In this document: positions 28,593 to 37,870 of the stretch, in pieces | Numbering within the stretch: position 1 is the first letter of the stretch | Layout: each line of letters starts with the position of its first letter | Assembly (NCBI GenBank): GCA_049578485.1 | Contig: JBAUMA010000304.1 | Location: 1-46,987, forward strand | Reading direction: 5' to 3' | Length of the DNA: 46,987 bases | Origin: Specibacter sp. | GTDB taxonomy: Bacteria > Actinomycetota > Actinomycetes > Actinomycetales > Micrococcaceae | Translations under genes and position numbers: made by a program | The notes under the pieces: generated by a model | What the model was told of the DNA's origin: nothing | Databases searched by the model: none | What the model saw: only the letters and a program-made list of their open reading frames with translations

Positions 28593-30197
28593 TTAGGGCA
28601 CGGCCTGCGGTAGGCCCACTGTGACGGGGATGCCGGTGCCCGGCGTCGCCGGCTCATAGGAGTCGTCAAAGGGCATGTGGTCCATGTCCAAGAGTGGGTT
28701 TTCGTCCTGGCTGGCCACCAGGTCGTGCGCCTCGTCCAAGGTGTCAACACTGGGCATTGAGCCCGGCAGCGGCTTTTGTGCCGATTCCCGCAGGAAGAAG
28801 ATGGCGCCGGCCCCAATCAGGGAGGTGAACATCAGGTAGTACGCCGGCATCATGTCGTTCCCGGTTGCGGTGATCAGGATCTTAATAATGAATGGCGTGG
28901 TGCCGCCGAAGATCGCTACCGAGAAGTTGTACGCGATGCCCATGCCGCCGTAGCGGCTGGACGTGGGGAACAGCGCCGGTAGTGACGACGCCAGGTTGGC
29001 AACGTAGAACGTCACCGGGAAGGCGATCAGGGCAAGCCCGGCCAGCGTTGACCAGATCTCGCCGACGCCGATGAGCATGAACGCCGGTATCGAAAAGACC
29101 ACGGTGCTGATGGCGCCCACCCACAGGACCGGCCTGCGGCCAATCTTGTCGGAGAGCCGGCCGGTCAAGGGGATGCAGGCGGCCATGATGACAAGGACCG
29201 GGATGGTCAACAGCGTGCCGTGGACTTCGTCGTAGCCCTTGGATTCGGTCAGATACGTGGGCATGTACGAGGTGAGGGCGTAGCCCACCGTGTTGGCGGC
29301 GGCCACCAGGACCATGGCCAGCACAATCTGGCGCCAGTACACCTTGACGAGCTTGATGGGGCCCTGCGAGGTGTCTTCATCGGACGCGACGGCGTTCTTG
29401 GCCGAATCCGCCTGCGCATCCAGGGTTGCCTGGAACTGTGGGGATTCCTCGATCTTGCTACGGAAGTAGATCGCGATCAGGCCCAGCGGTCCGGCCACCA
29501 GGAACGGAATGCGCCAGCCCCACGCTTCCATGGCGGGCTGGCCAAGGGTTAGCTGCAGCACCGAGACCAGGGCCGCACCCAGGGCAAAGCCCAGGTAACT
29601 GCCCATGTCCAGGAAGCTGGCAAAGTAGCCCCGGCGCTTATCGGGGGCGTATTCGCTGACAAACGTCGTGGCACCGGCATATTCGCCACCTGTGGAGAAC
29701 CCCTGCACCAGCTTGAGCAGGACCAGCAGGACCGCAGCCCAAATGCCGATCTGTGCATAGCCGGGCAAAAGGCCCACGGCGAATGTTGATGCCGCCATGA
29801 TCATCAGCGTGGCGGCCAACACCTTTTGCCGGCCGACCTTGTCACCGAGCCAGCCAAAGACCACTCCGCCAAGCGGGCGGGCAAGGAAGGTGGCGGCAAA
29901 CGTTCCCAGGAGGAACAAGGTTTGCACGCTCTTGTCGGCTTCCGGCAGGAACACCGGACCCATGGTGGTGATGAGGTAGCCAAAAACGCCTACGTCGTAC
30001 CACTCCATGGTGTTACCGACGATGGTGCCGCCGATGGCTTTCCTAAGCATTGGCTTGTTGACAACGTTGACGTCATCCACGGCAAGCCGCCGTCGTTTGA
30101 GCTGTGGCAGGCGGGGCAACTTGGGCCGGGCCGGCGGTCGTTCTGCGGTGTCCTTAACACGTATTTCCGGTTGAATCTTGCTTCGGTCATTGGGCAT
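28593..30197 (-). CDS. proP: MFS proline/betaine transporter ProP (MHS family)
   Basis: GNTMEWYDVGVFG, DKVGRQ, QGFSTGGEYAGA, WGWRIPFL, AYNFSVAIFGGTTP and PLPGSMPSV. Confidence 0.88.
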   Translation of the reverse strand: MPNDRSKIQPEIRVKDTAERPPARPKLPRLPQLKRRRLAVDDVNVVNKPMLRKAIGGTIVGNTMEWYDVGVFGYLITTMGPVFLPEADKSVQTLFLLGTFAATFLARPLGGVVFGWLGDKVGRQKVLAATLMIMAASTFAVGLLPGYAQIGIWAAVLLVLLKLVQGFSTGGEYAGATTFVSEYAPDKRRGYFASFLDMGSYLGFALGAALVSVLQLTLGQPAMEAWGWRIPFLVAGPLGLIAIYFRSKIEESPQFQATLDAQADSAKNAVASDEDTSQGPIKLVKVYWRQIVLAMVLVAAANTVGYALTSYMPTYLTESKGYDEVHGTLLTIPVLVIMAACIPLTGRLSDKIGRRPVLWVGAISTVVFSIPAFMLIGVGEIWSTLAGLALIAFPVTFYVANLASSLPALFPTSSRYGGMGIAYNFSVAIFGGTTPFIIKILITATGNDMMPAYYLMFTSLIGAGAIFFLRESAQKPLPGSMPSVDTLDEAHDLVASQDENPLLDMDHMPFDDSYEPATPGTGIPVTVGLPQAVP

Positions 30198-30457
30198 TTG
30201 TACATCCCCTTACGGAGGTCATTTGCTTGCGACTTTCTGCTGCATCGCTACGGGCAGACTTCCAATTCTAGCAGATGGACTAATTTTGGCACCGAAGGAG
30301 ACCCCCGCCACAGCGCTCAAAACCCTTGAAAAGTCGCAGTTTTTGAGATTGCCGGGAACCTATTTAGTATGCTTGTGCTAGATAAGCCGGTCAGGTTTGT
30401 GGCGGACTTTGACGCGCTTGCGACCATGCACTCAGGCACTTTCCATGCCCTAGCGGT

Positions 30458-30886
30458 TCACAGCGAACCATCCGAGGTCGAAGCCAGGGAGCCGGCGTAT
30501 TCTTCGTCCGTGATGTGCTCGTTCCAGGTGGTGGTCGTGGAGGGGTCGTCACCGTTTTGGAGCATGGCGATGTGTTCCATGAAGCAACCGGGGGCCGAAG
30601 CATGCCAGTGCTCCTCACCTGGCGGGGTGTAGAGCGTTTGGCCGGCGTGGACTTCGATGATCTTGCCGTCCCGGGTGCCGAAACGGCCCACGCCCTGGGT
30701 GACGCGGAGGTACTGGCCGTTCACATGGGAGTGCCAGGCGGTGCGGGCGCCGGGAGCGAACCGGACGGTCGCGACGACCATGGTCTGGCCGGGCTCGTGG
30801 GGCAGCGCGATCGGGTCGAGCCAAACGTCGCCGGCGAACTGGGCTGCCGGGTTCTTTGAGGTTGGCATGGCGGGTTCAATGTTCAT
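30458..30886 (-). CDS. Cupin domain protein
   Basis: FAPGARTAWHSH.GQ.L and PGEEHWH..P..FMEHIA metal-binding motifs. Confidence 0.88.
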   Translation of the reverse strand: MNIEPAMPTSKNPAAQFAGDVWLDPIALPHEPGQTMVVATVRFAPGARTAWHSHVNGQYLRVTQGVGRFGTRDGKIIEVHAGQTLYTPPGEEHWHASAPGCFMEHIAMLQNGDDPSTTTTWNEHITDEEYAGSLASTSDGSL

Positions 30887-30987
30887 TGTGTGCCTTACTT
30901 GTTGTTGGTGAAGAATTGTTGGCCCAGGCCCATCGTAGTCAGGCCTTTGGGGTTCCCGACAGACCAGAAAAGCAGGCCGCCGGTGAG

Positions 30988-32187
30988 TCATGGCCGCGCG
31001 CTGAAGGCTGTGCGGCGTCCGTAGATTGTCAGGAAGAGTGCCACTGCGCCAAGGACCACCATGATGATCGGAAGGACGAGCCCGTCGAACCGTGTCAGAA
31101 GAGTGGCCCCGAGAATTCCGGCAATGAAAATCGCGATATTGAAGGCCACGGGCAGGAAGGAATTGGCCACATCCGAGTCGGCACCTGCAGTGCTTGTCAG
31201 GGCGGCCTGGAGTTGTGCTGCCGCGCCGCCGAAGGTGAGACCCCAGATGACGGTGGCGGCGATGATCGCCGGGCTTGAGGCATGGCCGAGAAGAAGCATC
31301 AGGCCTGCCGCAATGAATGCGGTGACACTGCCGTGAAGCAGGAGTCGGGGATGCCGGTCGAGAAGTGCCCCCGTGACGACGATTCCCGCAACTGAGGAGA
31401 TTCCGAAGACGAAGAGTTGGACGTCGACGGTGAGGCCGCTGCTGGTTGCCCGCAAGTAGGGTGCGATGTAGGTGTAGATGGTGTTGTGGGCAAGCATCCA
31501 GGTGAAGATGACAGCGAGGATTATCGCGATCCCGGGAATCCTGAACACGCGCACTACGGGGAGCCGGGACTTGCCGGGTTGCCCCTGGGCGTCCGGGGCG
31601 ATCAGCGCTACCAAAATCCCGGCGAGGAGGGCGACCATTGTCAGACCGGCGAAGGCCCACCGCCAATCGAAGGTGGTTCCTAGCCACGATCCAAGGGGTG
31701 TCCCGAGTGCGAAGCCGACGGGCGCGCCGGTGGAGACGATTGCCAATGACAGACCGGACCGTCGGGGTGGGCTGATCTTGCGACCGTAGGCGGCGAGCAT
31801 CCCCCAGATAATCCCGGAGAAGGCGCCGGCGACGAATCTCGAGACGAGCAAAAGCGTCACGTCGCTGCTGATTGCGGTGACGCTGTTGGCCAGGATCAGG
31901 CCGGTAAGGGCTGCCAGCAGCAGTGGTTTCCGGCGCATCGCCCTGGTCAGGGTTATTGCCGGGATGGTGACGATGACCGTGCCAAGGGCGTACACGCTGA
32001 CAAAAAGCCCGACAGTACCTTCACTTAGACCGAGCCCGGTTGCCATGACCGGCAAAAGACCGGCAGGCATGGTTTCCATGGCGACGAGCACAAATCCGAT
32101 CACCGCCAAGATGATCAAGGTGACGATGGGAAGACGTGTTTCTGTTCCTGCGTCGAGTAGTGGTGGTTCGTGGGTGACGGTTTCCAA
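30988..32187 (-). CDS. MFS transporter (DHA1/AraJ-like efflux permease)
   Basis: ETMPAGLLP, SRFVAG, GTPLGSWLG..FDWR and about 12 TM segments; TTG start after an AAGGA RBS. Confidence 0.88.
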   Translation of the reverse strand: METVTHEPPLLDAGTETRLPIVTLIILAVIGFVLVAMETMPAGLLPVMATGLGLSEGTVGLFVSVYALGTVIVTIPAITLTRAMRRKPLLLAALTGLILANSVTAISSDVTLLLVSRFVAGAFSGIIWGMLAAYGRKISPPRRSGLSLAIVSTGAPVGFALGTPLGSWLGTTFDWRWAFAGLTMVALLAGILVALIAPDAQGQPGKSRLPVVRVFRIPGIAIILAVIFTWMLAHNTIYTYIAPYLRATSSGLTVDVQLFVFGISSVAGIVVTGALLDRHPRLLLHGSVTAFIAAGLMLLLGHASSPAIIAATVIWGLTFGGAAAQLQAALTSTAGADSDVANSFLPVAFNIAIFIAGILGATLLTRFDGLVLPIIMVVLGAVALFLTIYGRRTAFSARP

Positions 32188-32432
32188 AAAGGTTCCTTAG
32201 ATATTGGCGCCACGCACTCGGATCGCCATGTTCGTTCGAAGGCAAGGGTATTTCGAGCCTGCAATGGTCTTACCTGGACCGGCTTCGGCGGCGATTGCGC
32301 CGGACTATGACAGGGACATTGGGTATGTCGTTATTTCAGTAAATACCCGTGGATCCAAAGGGGGGAGTCCCTGCCAGGAGGTGTACCAGCAGGGCACCCC
32401 ACGCAGTGCCAGCGACAAGTACCCTCGTTGAT

Positions 32433-33344
32433 ATGGACAACCAATCCGAAGTGCGCGCATTCCTGATGTCCCGGCGTGCCAAGGTCACACCGGAGATGGC
32501 CGGTCTCCCCGCAGGTTCGAATCGGCGAGTGCCGGGGCTGCGCCGGATCGAGGTCGCGATGCTCGCCGGCGTCAGCGTCGAGTACTACGCCAAGCTCGAG
32601 CGTGGCTCAATTGCCGGAGCATCGTCATCAGTTCTGGACTCCATCGCCCGCGCACTCCACCTCAACGACACAGAGCGGACGCATCTTTACGCCTTGGCGC
32701 GGGCAGCCGACGGAATCCCGTTGTCGGGGCGCCCACGCCGCCGGGTTAACAAAAACGTCGCGAGCCGGCCCAGTTTGCAGTGGGCCCTGAACGCGATCAC
32801 GGATGGAGTCTCGTTTGTCCGTGACCAGCATCAGAACCTGCTGGCCACCAATGAGCTTGGCCGTGCCTTCTACTCGCCGGTCATTGGCGACGGCGGACGA
32901 ACGCCCAATCTGGCCCGATTCCAGTTCCTTGACCCCGCATCCCGAGACTTCTACCCGGACTGGGACATGTTTGCCGAGATGTGTGTGGCCATCATGCGCG
33001 CCGAAGCCGGGCGCGACCCCAATGACAAAGGACTACAGGACCTCGTTGGCGAGCTCTCCACTCGCAGCGACACATTTCGGCAACTTTGGGGTGCCCACGA
33101 CGTTCGCACCCATGGTTCGGGGACAAAACGGTTCAACCATCCGGTCATCGGCGAACTCACGTTGGCGTATGAGGAACTTTCCATCACCGCGGACCCCGGC
33201 CTTGTCTTCTTGATCTATACGGCCGAACCGGGCTCCCCGAGTGCGGAGCGTTTGCAACTGCTAGCCAGTTGGGCAGCCGCCAGTGCCTCGGCCGGCAAAT
33301 CCCCGGCAAACACCATTCCCAACCGTGGGCGAACCGTGTTGTGA
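32433..33344 (+). CDS. XRE-family HTH regulator with MmyB-like ligand-binding domain
   Basis: FLMSRRAKVTP..AGL...RRVPGLRR.EVA.LAGVSVEYY.KLERG, NLARFQFLDP and LVGELS..S..F..LW..HDV. Confidence 0.92.
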   Translation: MDNQSEVRAFLMSRRAKVTPEMAGLPAGSNRRVPGLRRIEVAMLAGVSVEYYAKLERGSIAGASSSVLDSIARALHLNDTERTHLYALARAADGIPLSGRPRRRVNKNVASRPSLQWALNAITDGVSFVRDQHQNLLATNELGRAFYSPVIGDGGRTPNLARFQFLDPASRDFYPDWDMFAEMCVAIMRAEAGRDPNDKGLQDLVGELSTRSDTFRQLWGAHDVRTHGSGTKRFNHPVIGELTLAYEELSITADPGLVFLIYTAEPGSPSAERLQLLASWAAASASAGKSPANTIPNRGRTVL

Positions 33345-33371
33345 ACCACCAGTCGCGGTACTGGGGGAAAC

Positions 33372-33428
33372 CAAAGGAGGAGGGTGTGATCCACAACGGC
33401 AAATTGTGGAACACACCCTCCTCCTTTG
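33372..33428. terminator. Long hairpin between convergent genes (bidirectional terminator or palindromic repeat)
   Basis: 25-bp arms with 1 mismatch (CAAAGGAGGAGGGTGTGATCCACAA / TTGTGGAACACACCCTCCTCCTTTG) and a 7-nt loop. Confidence 0.65.
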
Positions 33429-33460
33429 ACGGCGGTCCGGGCCCTCTAGCGCTTGGAGCC

Positions 33461-33736
33461 CTAGGCGTCGTGGTCGATTTCCAGGATCCTGACCAGGGAA
33501 TCCAGTGCCGCGTCGGCGCCGTCGCCCTCGGCCCGCAGGACTACTACCTCGCCGTGCCCGGCACCCAGGCTCATGATGGAGAGCATGCTGGCCGCATCGA
33601 GTGCGTCCTCGGCGGGCTCGCCCAAGCGGGCGATGGTCACTTCCAGGTCGAGGTCTCCCGCTGCCTCGGCGAAGATCGAGGCGGGGCGGGCGTGCAGGCC
33701 CACGCGGCTGGCAATGGTGGCGGTGCGTTCACTCAT
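33461..33736 (-). CDS. ptsH: Phosphocarrier protein HPr
   Basis: VGLHARPASIF and DAASMLSIMSLG; last gene of the fru operon. Confidence 0.92.
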   Translation of the reverse strand: MSERTATIASRVGLHARPASIFAEAAGDLDLEVTIARLGEPAEDALDAASMLSIMSLGAGHGEVVVLRAEGDGADAALDSLVRILEIDHDA

Positions 33737-33793
33737 GGTTGGTTCCTTGCTGGTTTGAATGTAAAGGTTTGGTTCGCCATCGGTGGTCGGCTC

Positions 33794-33817
33794 GATCTCG
33801 ACAGGCTCGATCACCGG
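33794..33817. repeat. REP-like element family B, copy 2
   Basis: Identical to 10760-10783; lies in the fruA-ptsH spacer. Confidence 0.85.
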
Positions 33818-33827
33818 CCCCTTGAAG

Positions 33828-35945
33828 CTAGCTGCCCTGGGCGACGAGCTGGTTGGCGCCGGCTTCCGCAACTGCCGGAACGGGCTTGCGAACGGCCCAG
33901 CGCTTGAGGGCGACGACGGTGAACGCCGTGATGACCATGCCCACCAGGATGGCCAGGATAAACATGCCGATGTTGCCGATCGCAAAGAAGACAAAGATGC
34001 CGCCGTGTGGGGCCTGCGAGGTGACGCCGGCCGCCATGCAGATGGCTCCCGTAAACGCACCTCCTAGCATGGTGGCCGGGATGACGCGCAGGGGGTCGGC
34101 TGCGGCGAACGGGATGGCTCCTTCGGAGATGAACGAGGCACCCAGCAGCCATGCGGCCTTGCCGTTTTCACGCTCGGCGAGGGAGAAGCTCTTCTTGTCG
34201 ATCACGGTGGCCAGGGCCATGGCCAGCGGCGGCACCATGCCGGCTGCCATGACTGCGGCCATGATCTGCCACGGTGCGTGGTTCAGGGCCGAACCGGCAC
34301 CCAGGCCGGCAACGGCGAAGGCATAGGCTACCTTGTTGACGGGACCGCCAAGGTCGAAGCACATCATGAGGCCCAGGATGACGCCCAGCACGACGGCGGA
34401 GGCTCCGGACATGCCCGTCAGCCAATGGTTCAGGCCGTTTGAAAGCGCCGCGATGGGTCCGCCAAGGAACAGGAGCATGGCACCGGAGGCGATGATGGAG
34501 CCCAGCAGGGGGATGATGACCACGGGCATGAGTCCGCGCAGCCAGCGCGGCACTTTCCAGCTGCCAATCCAGTAGGCCGCCAAACCTGCGAGCAGGCCGC
34601 CCACCAGGCCGCCCAGGAAGCCTGAGCCCATGAAGACGGCAATGGCGCCGGCGGTGAAGCCGGGTGCAATGCCTGGACGGTCGGCGATGCCGAACGCAAT
34701 GTAGCCGGCCAGCGCCGGGACCAGGAAGCCCATGGAGAGGGCGCCGATCTTGAACGCCACGGCACCCAAGTACAGGGCCAGGTTGCCGCCGTCGGGCAGG
34801 TTCAGGAGGGTGTTGTGCGTGAGGATGTCATCGGCGGTGCTGCCCAGTGCGATGCCGTAGCCGCCGAGCAGGAAGCCCAGTGCAATCAACAGGCCGCCAC
34901 CGGCCACAAACGGGATCATGTAGCTGACACCCGTCAGCAGGACCTTCTTGATCTTGCTGCCCAGGTGCTCGCTCGACGCTTCCTGGTTGTGTTCGGCGTT
35001 CTCCTCGGCGCCAAAGTGCGGCACCCGGTGCGCATTCGGATCCACAGCAGCCGCCAGGGCCTCCCGGATCATCTTGGCAGGCTCGTCAATTCCGCGCTTG
35101 ACAGGCGAGCTGACCAGCGGCTTGCCGGCAAAGCGTTCCTTCCCGCGGACGTCAACGTCCACGGCGAAGATGACGGCGTCGGCTGCGGCGATCACGGCCG
35201 GATCCAAGGGCGTCACGGCCCCGGACCCCTGCGTCTCAACCTGCAGGTCGATGCCGGCCTCCTGGGCTGCGAGCACCAGCGAATCGGCCGCCATGTACGT
35301 GTGCGCAATCCCCGTGGGGCAAGCCGTCACGGCAACCAGGCGGAGCGGTGCGGCGGGCACGGCAGAGGCCGGCCCGGCTCCGCCGGCATGGGGAACCCCG
35401 CCCGCTTCGCGGGTGCCTGAAGCCACTCCCTGGTCCCCCATGCCGGCTACGCCGGACGCGGCCGGGGCCGTGCTCGCTGTGGCCGCTGCTGGCTTGTCCG
35501 CGAGTGCTTCCTCGACGAGGGCTACGATCTCGGCCGGGGTTGCCGCGGCGCGCAGGGCGGCCGTGAAGTCCTTCTTGATGAGGGAGCGGGCCAGCCGGGA
35601 GAGCAGTTTGAGGTGTTCATTGTCGGCGCCGGCGGGGGCTGCGATGAAGAAGACGATGTCCGCGGGGCCGTCCTTGGCGCCGAAGTCGACGGCCGGGTTC
35701 AAGCGGGCCATGGCGAGAGTGGGTTCCAAGACTGCTTCGGAGCGGCAATGCGGGATGGCGATGCCGCCGGGAACGCCGGTCGCCGTCTTTTGTTCGCGCG
35801 CCAGGGCGTCGGCAAAGAGTCCGTCCACGCCGGTTGCCCGCCCAGTGCCGGCAACAGTGCCGGCCAGGCTGCGGATCACGGCGGCGGAGTCGGCGCCAAG
35901 GTTGGCGTCCAACACCACCAGATCGGTGTTGATGAGAGAGGTCAT
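33828..35945 (-). CDS. fruA: PTS fructose-specific EIIABC
   Basis: EIIA GIAIPHCR, EIIB TACPTGIAHTYMAA...VETQGS, EIIC GVSYMIPFV, DLGGPVNK and FISEGAIPFAAADP. Confidence 0.95.
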   Translation of the reverse strand: MTSLINTDLVVLDANLGADSAAVIRSLAGTVAGTGRATGVDGLFADALAREQKTATGVPGGIAIPHCRSEAVLEPTLAMARLNPAVDFGAKDGPADIVFFIAAPAGADNEHLKLLSRLARSLIKKDFTAALRAAATPAEIVALVEEALADKPAAATASTAPAASGVAGMGDQGVASGTREAGGVPHAGGAGPASAVPAAPLRLVAVTACPTGIAHTYMAADSLVLAAQEAGIDLQVETQGSGAVTPLDPAVIAAADAVIFAVDVDVRGKERFAGKPLVSSPVKRGIDEPAKMIREALAAAVDPNAHRVPHFGAEENAEHNQEASSEHLGSKIKKVLLTGVSYMIPFVAGGGLLIALGFLLGGYGIALGSTADDILTHNTLLNLPDGGNLALYLGAVAFKIGALSMGFLVPALAGYIAFGIADRPGIAPGFTAGAIAVFMGSGFLGGLVGGLLAGLAAYWIGSWKVPRWLRGLMPVVIIPLLGSIIASGAMLLFLGGPIAALSNGLNHWLTGMSGASAVVLGVILGLMMCFDLGGPVNKVAYAFAVAGLGAGSALNHAPWQIMAAVMAAGMVPPLAMALATVIDKKSFSLAERENGKAAWLLGASFISEGAIPFAAADPLRVIPATMLGGAFTGAICMAAGVTSQAPHGGIFVFFAIGNIGMFILAILVGMVITAFTVVALKRWAVRKPVPAVAEAGANQLVAQGS

Positions 35946-36910
35946 GAGAGTTCTCCAAGGCTTAGTGCCAGGGCCGTCACGACGACGGCGGCGGGGTGGG
36001 TTTGGTGCAGGGCCGGAACCAGGGTTCCGGGAAGGGAAGCGGCGGCCGCCCCATGGGCCACTGCTTGCTGCAGGCATGCTGCGGGAAGGTCTCCGCGCAG
36101 TGTACCCAGCAGATATCCGGCGAGGGCGGAGTCGCCCGCGCCGACTGTGCTTTTTGCTGCGATGACGGGCCCGCGGGCCTGCCAACTGCCATCTGCCGTG
36201 ACCAGCAAGGCGCCCTTTGAACCAAGGGTGGCCAGGACCGCGCCAACCCCCTGGTTTACCAGGGCCAGTGCGGCGCTCGCGGCAAGGTCGGGGTCGGCTT
36301 CCAGTGAGGGGCCGTTTCCAACACCCGACAGTTCCGCCAATTCCTCGGCGTTGGGCTTGAGCAAATCGGGGGAGGCGGCTACGCAGGCCGCCAGCGGAGC
36401 GCCGGAGGAATCCACCGCAATCCGGGGTGCCGCGGCGCCGTACATGCCGCGCACGGCATCAATCACCTGCGCGTAAAAGTTCTCCGGCGCCCCCGGTGGG
36501 AGCGAGCCGGCCAGCACCAGCCAGGCCGCGCCGTCGGACTTTTCCACGGCCAGCTGCAGCAAGGCCGCAACCTGGGCGGAGGTGAGTGTGGGGCCGGGTT
36601 CGTTGACCTTGGTGGTGGTGCCGTCGGGTTCGGTGATGGCCACGTTGCTGCGCAGGGCCGCGCCGATGGGCAGGGATACGTGCGGGATGCTTTCCGTTTC
36701 AAGGGCGAGCACGACGGCGTCACTGGGGTCACCGGGCAGCAGCGCCAGGGAATCGATACCGGAGGCGGCCAGGGCCCGGACGATGTTCACGCCCTTGCCG
36801 CCGGGGTGTGCGGAGACGGCCACTGCCCGCTGGACCTCGCCGCGTTCAAGGGAGCCCGGGAGTTCGATGGTGCGGTCCAGGCTGGGGTTGGGGGTCAGGG
36901 TCACGATCAT
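35942..36910 (-). CDS. fruK: 1-phosphofructokinase (PfkB family)
   Basis: TLTPNPSLDRT, GGKGVN, LKPNAEEL and STVGAGDS. Confidence 0.93.
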   Translation of the reverse strand: MIVTLTPNPSLDRTIELPGSLERGEVQRAVAVSAHPGGKGVNIVRALAASGIDSLALLPGDPSDAVVLALETESIPHVSLPIGAALRSNVAITEPDGTTTKVNEPGPTLTSAQVAALLQLAVEKSDGAAWLVLAGSLPPGAPENFYAQVIDAVRGMYGAAAPRIAVDSSGAPLAACVAASPDLLKPNAEELAELSGVGNGPSLEADPDLAASAALALVNQGVGAVLATLGSKGALLVTADGSWQARGPVIAAKSTVGAGDSALAGYLLGTLRGDLPAACLQQAVAHGAAAASLPGTLVPALHQTHPAAVVVTALALSLGELS

Positions 36911-37695
36911 GCGATCACAACCTCGACGCCGGCAGCGGCCAGGGCGGCCGCCAGATCGGGGGCGGGGGCGGTGGTGGTGATCAAGGTGTCAACCTCCTCG
37001 AGGGTGGCGAAGCGGACAAGGGTTTCCGCTCCGAGTTTGGATGCATCGGCCAGGATGACCACCTGGCGCGCGGCCCTGACCATGGCGGTCTTGGTGGCTG
37101 CCTCCACGGGATCGGGGGTGCTCAGGCCGAAGTCTGCGTGGATGCCGTTGGTGCCAAGGAATGCGATGTCCGGGCGGAGGGCGCCGAGCTGTTCGGTGGC
37201 CCGAGCCCCCACCACGGCGCTGGTCAGGCCGCGGACCCGGCCGCCCAGAATGTCCAGCAGGACGTGGGTGTTGTTGCCAAGTGAGGTGGCGATGGGCAGG
37301 GAGTTGGTGATGGCCAGGAGCTCGTCGCCGTCCTTGGCCGGAACCCATGCGGAGAGTTGCTCCGCCAGTGCGGCCGTGGTGGAGCCGGCATCCAGCAGTA
37401 TGGACACGGTTTGGGCGTGGGGGATCAGGGCCAGGGCGGCCGAGGCGATGCGTTGTTTTTCGTCCCGGCGCTGGGTTTGGCGTTCACTCAGGCTCGGCTC
37501 CGAGCGGCTCAGCCGGTCAAGGGCCACGGCGCCGCCGTGGACGCGGCGCAGGATGCGGGCCTCTTCCAAGGAGGCGAGATCCCGGCGCACGGTCTCCTGC
37601 GTGATGGAAAAGAGATCGGCCAGTTCATTGACGCCCGCGCGTCCCTGGGCTCCGACGAGTTCGGCGATGCGCTGGTGCCGTTCCTCAGCAAACAT
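36907..37695 (-). CDS. fruR: DeoR/GlpR family regulator of the fructose operon
   Basis: MFAEERH, ETVRRDL..LE....RRVHGGA, LDAGSTT and FLGTNG. Confidence 0.92.
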   Translation of the reverse strand: MFAEERHQRIAELVGAQGRAGVNELADLFSITQETVRRDLASLEEARILRRVHGGAVALDRLSRSEPSLSERQTQRRDEKQRIASAALALIPHAQTVSILLDAGSTTAALAEQLSAWVPAKDGDELLAITNSLPIATSLGNNTHVLLDILGGRVRGLTSAVVGARATEQLGALRPDIAFLGTNGIHADFGLSTPDPVEAATKTAMVRAARQVVILADASKLGAETLVRFATLEEVDTLITTTAPAPDLAAALAAAGVEVVIA

Positions 37696-37720
37696 GGTGG
37701 TCCTTTTCTAGCGTCCATCG

Positions 37721-37783
37721 CGTGACAGACATCACAGGATGTTGTTTCAGATGACTTTATCTGCGCTTGTCTGTGTTTGTCAA
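37721..37783 (-). promoter_or_regulatory. fru operon promoter (TTGACA-18-TAAAGT) with a downstream CRP/GlxR-like site
   Basis: Minus-strand -35 at 37783-37778 and -10 at 37759-37754. CGTGA-CAGACA-TCACA at 37721-37736 matches TGTGA-N6-TCACA at 9/10. Confidence 0.65.
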
Positions 37784-37870
37784 CAAAAAAACCACAGAAA
37801 CAAAGATTTGCTGTGGTGGAGGTCACTCACGGCTCGTGTCCGAAGGCCCCGGCGTGCGTAGTCTTGAGCC

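Noticed and set aside
30458..31687. 409-aa ORF ending in the cupin domain
   Set aside because: The upstream part is an off-frame overlap with the MFS gene. The cupin starts at ATG 30886 after a TAAGG RBS.
25194..33428. Integrative element at tRNA-Lys
   Set aside because: I saw no integrase and no duplicated tRNA 3' end (att site); the genes downstream are ordinary metabolic genes.
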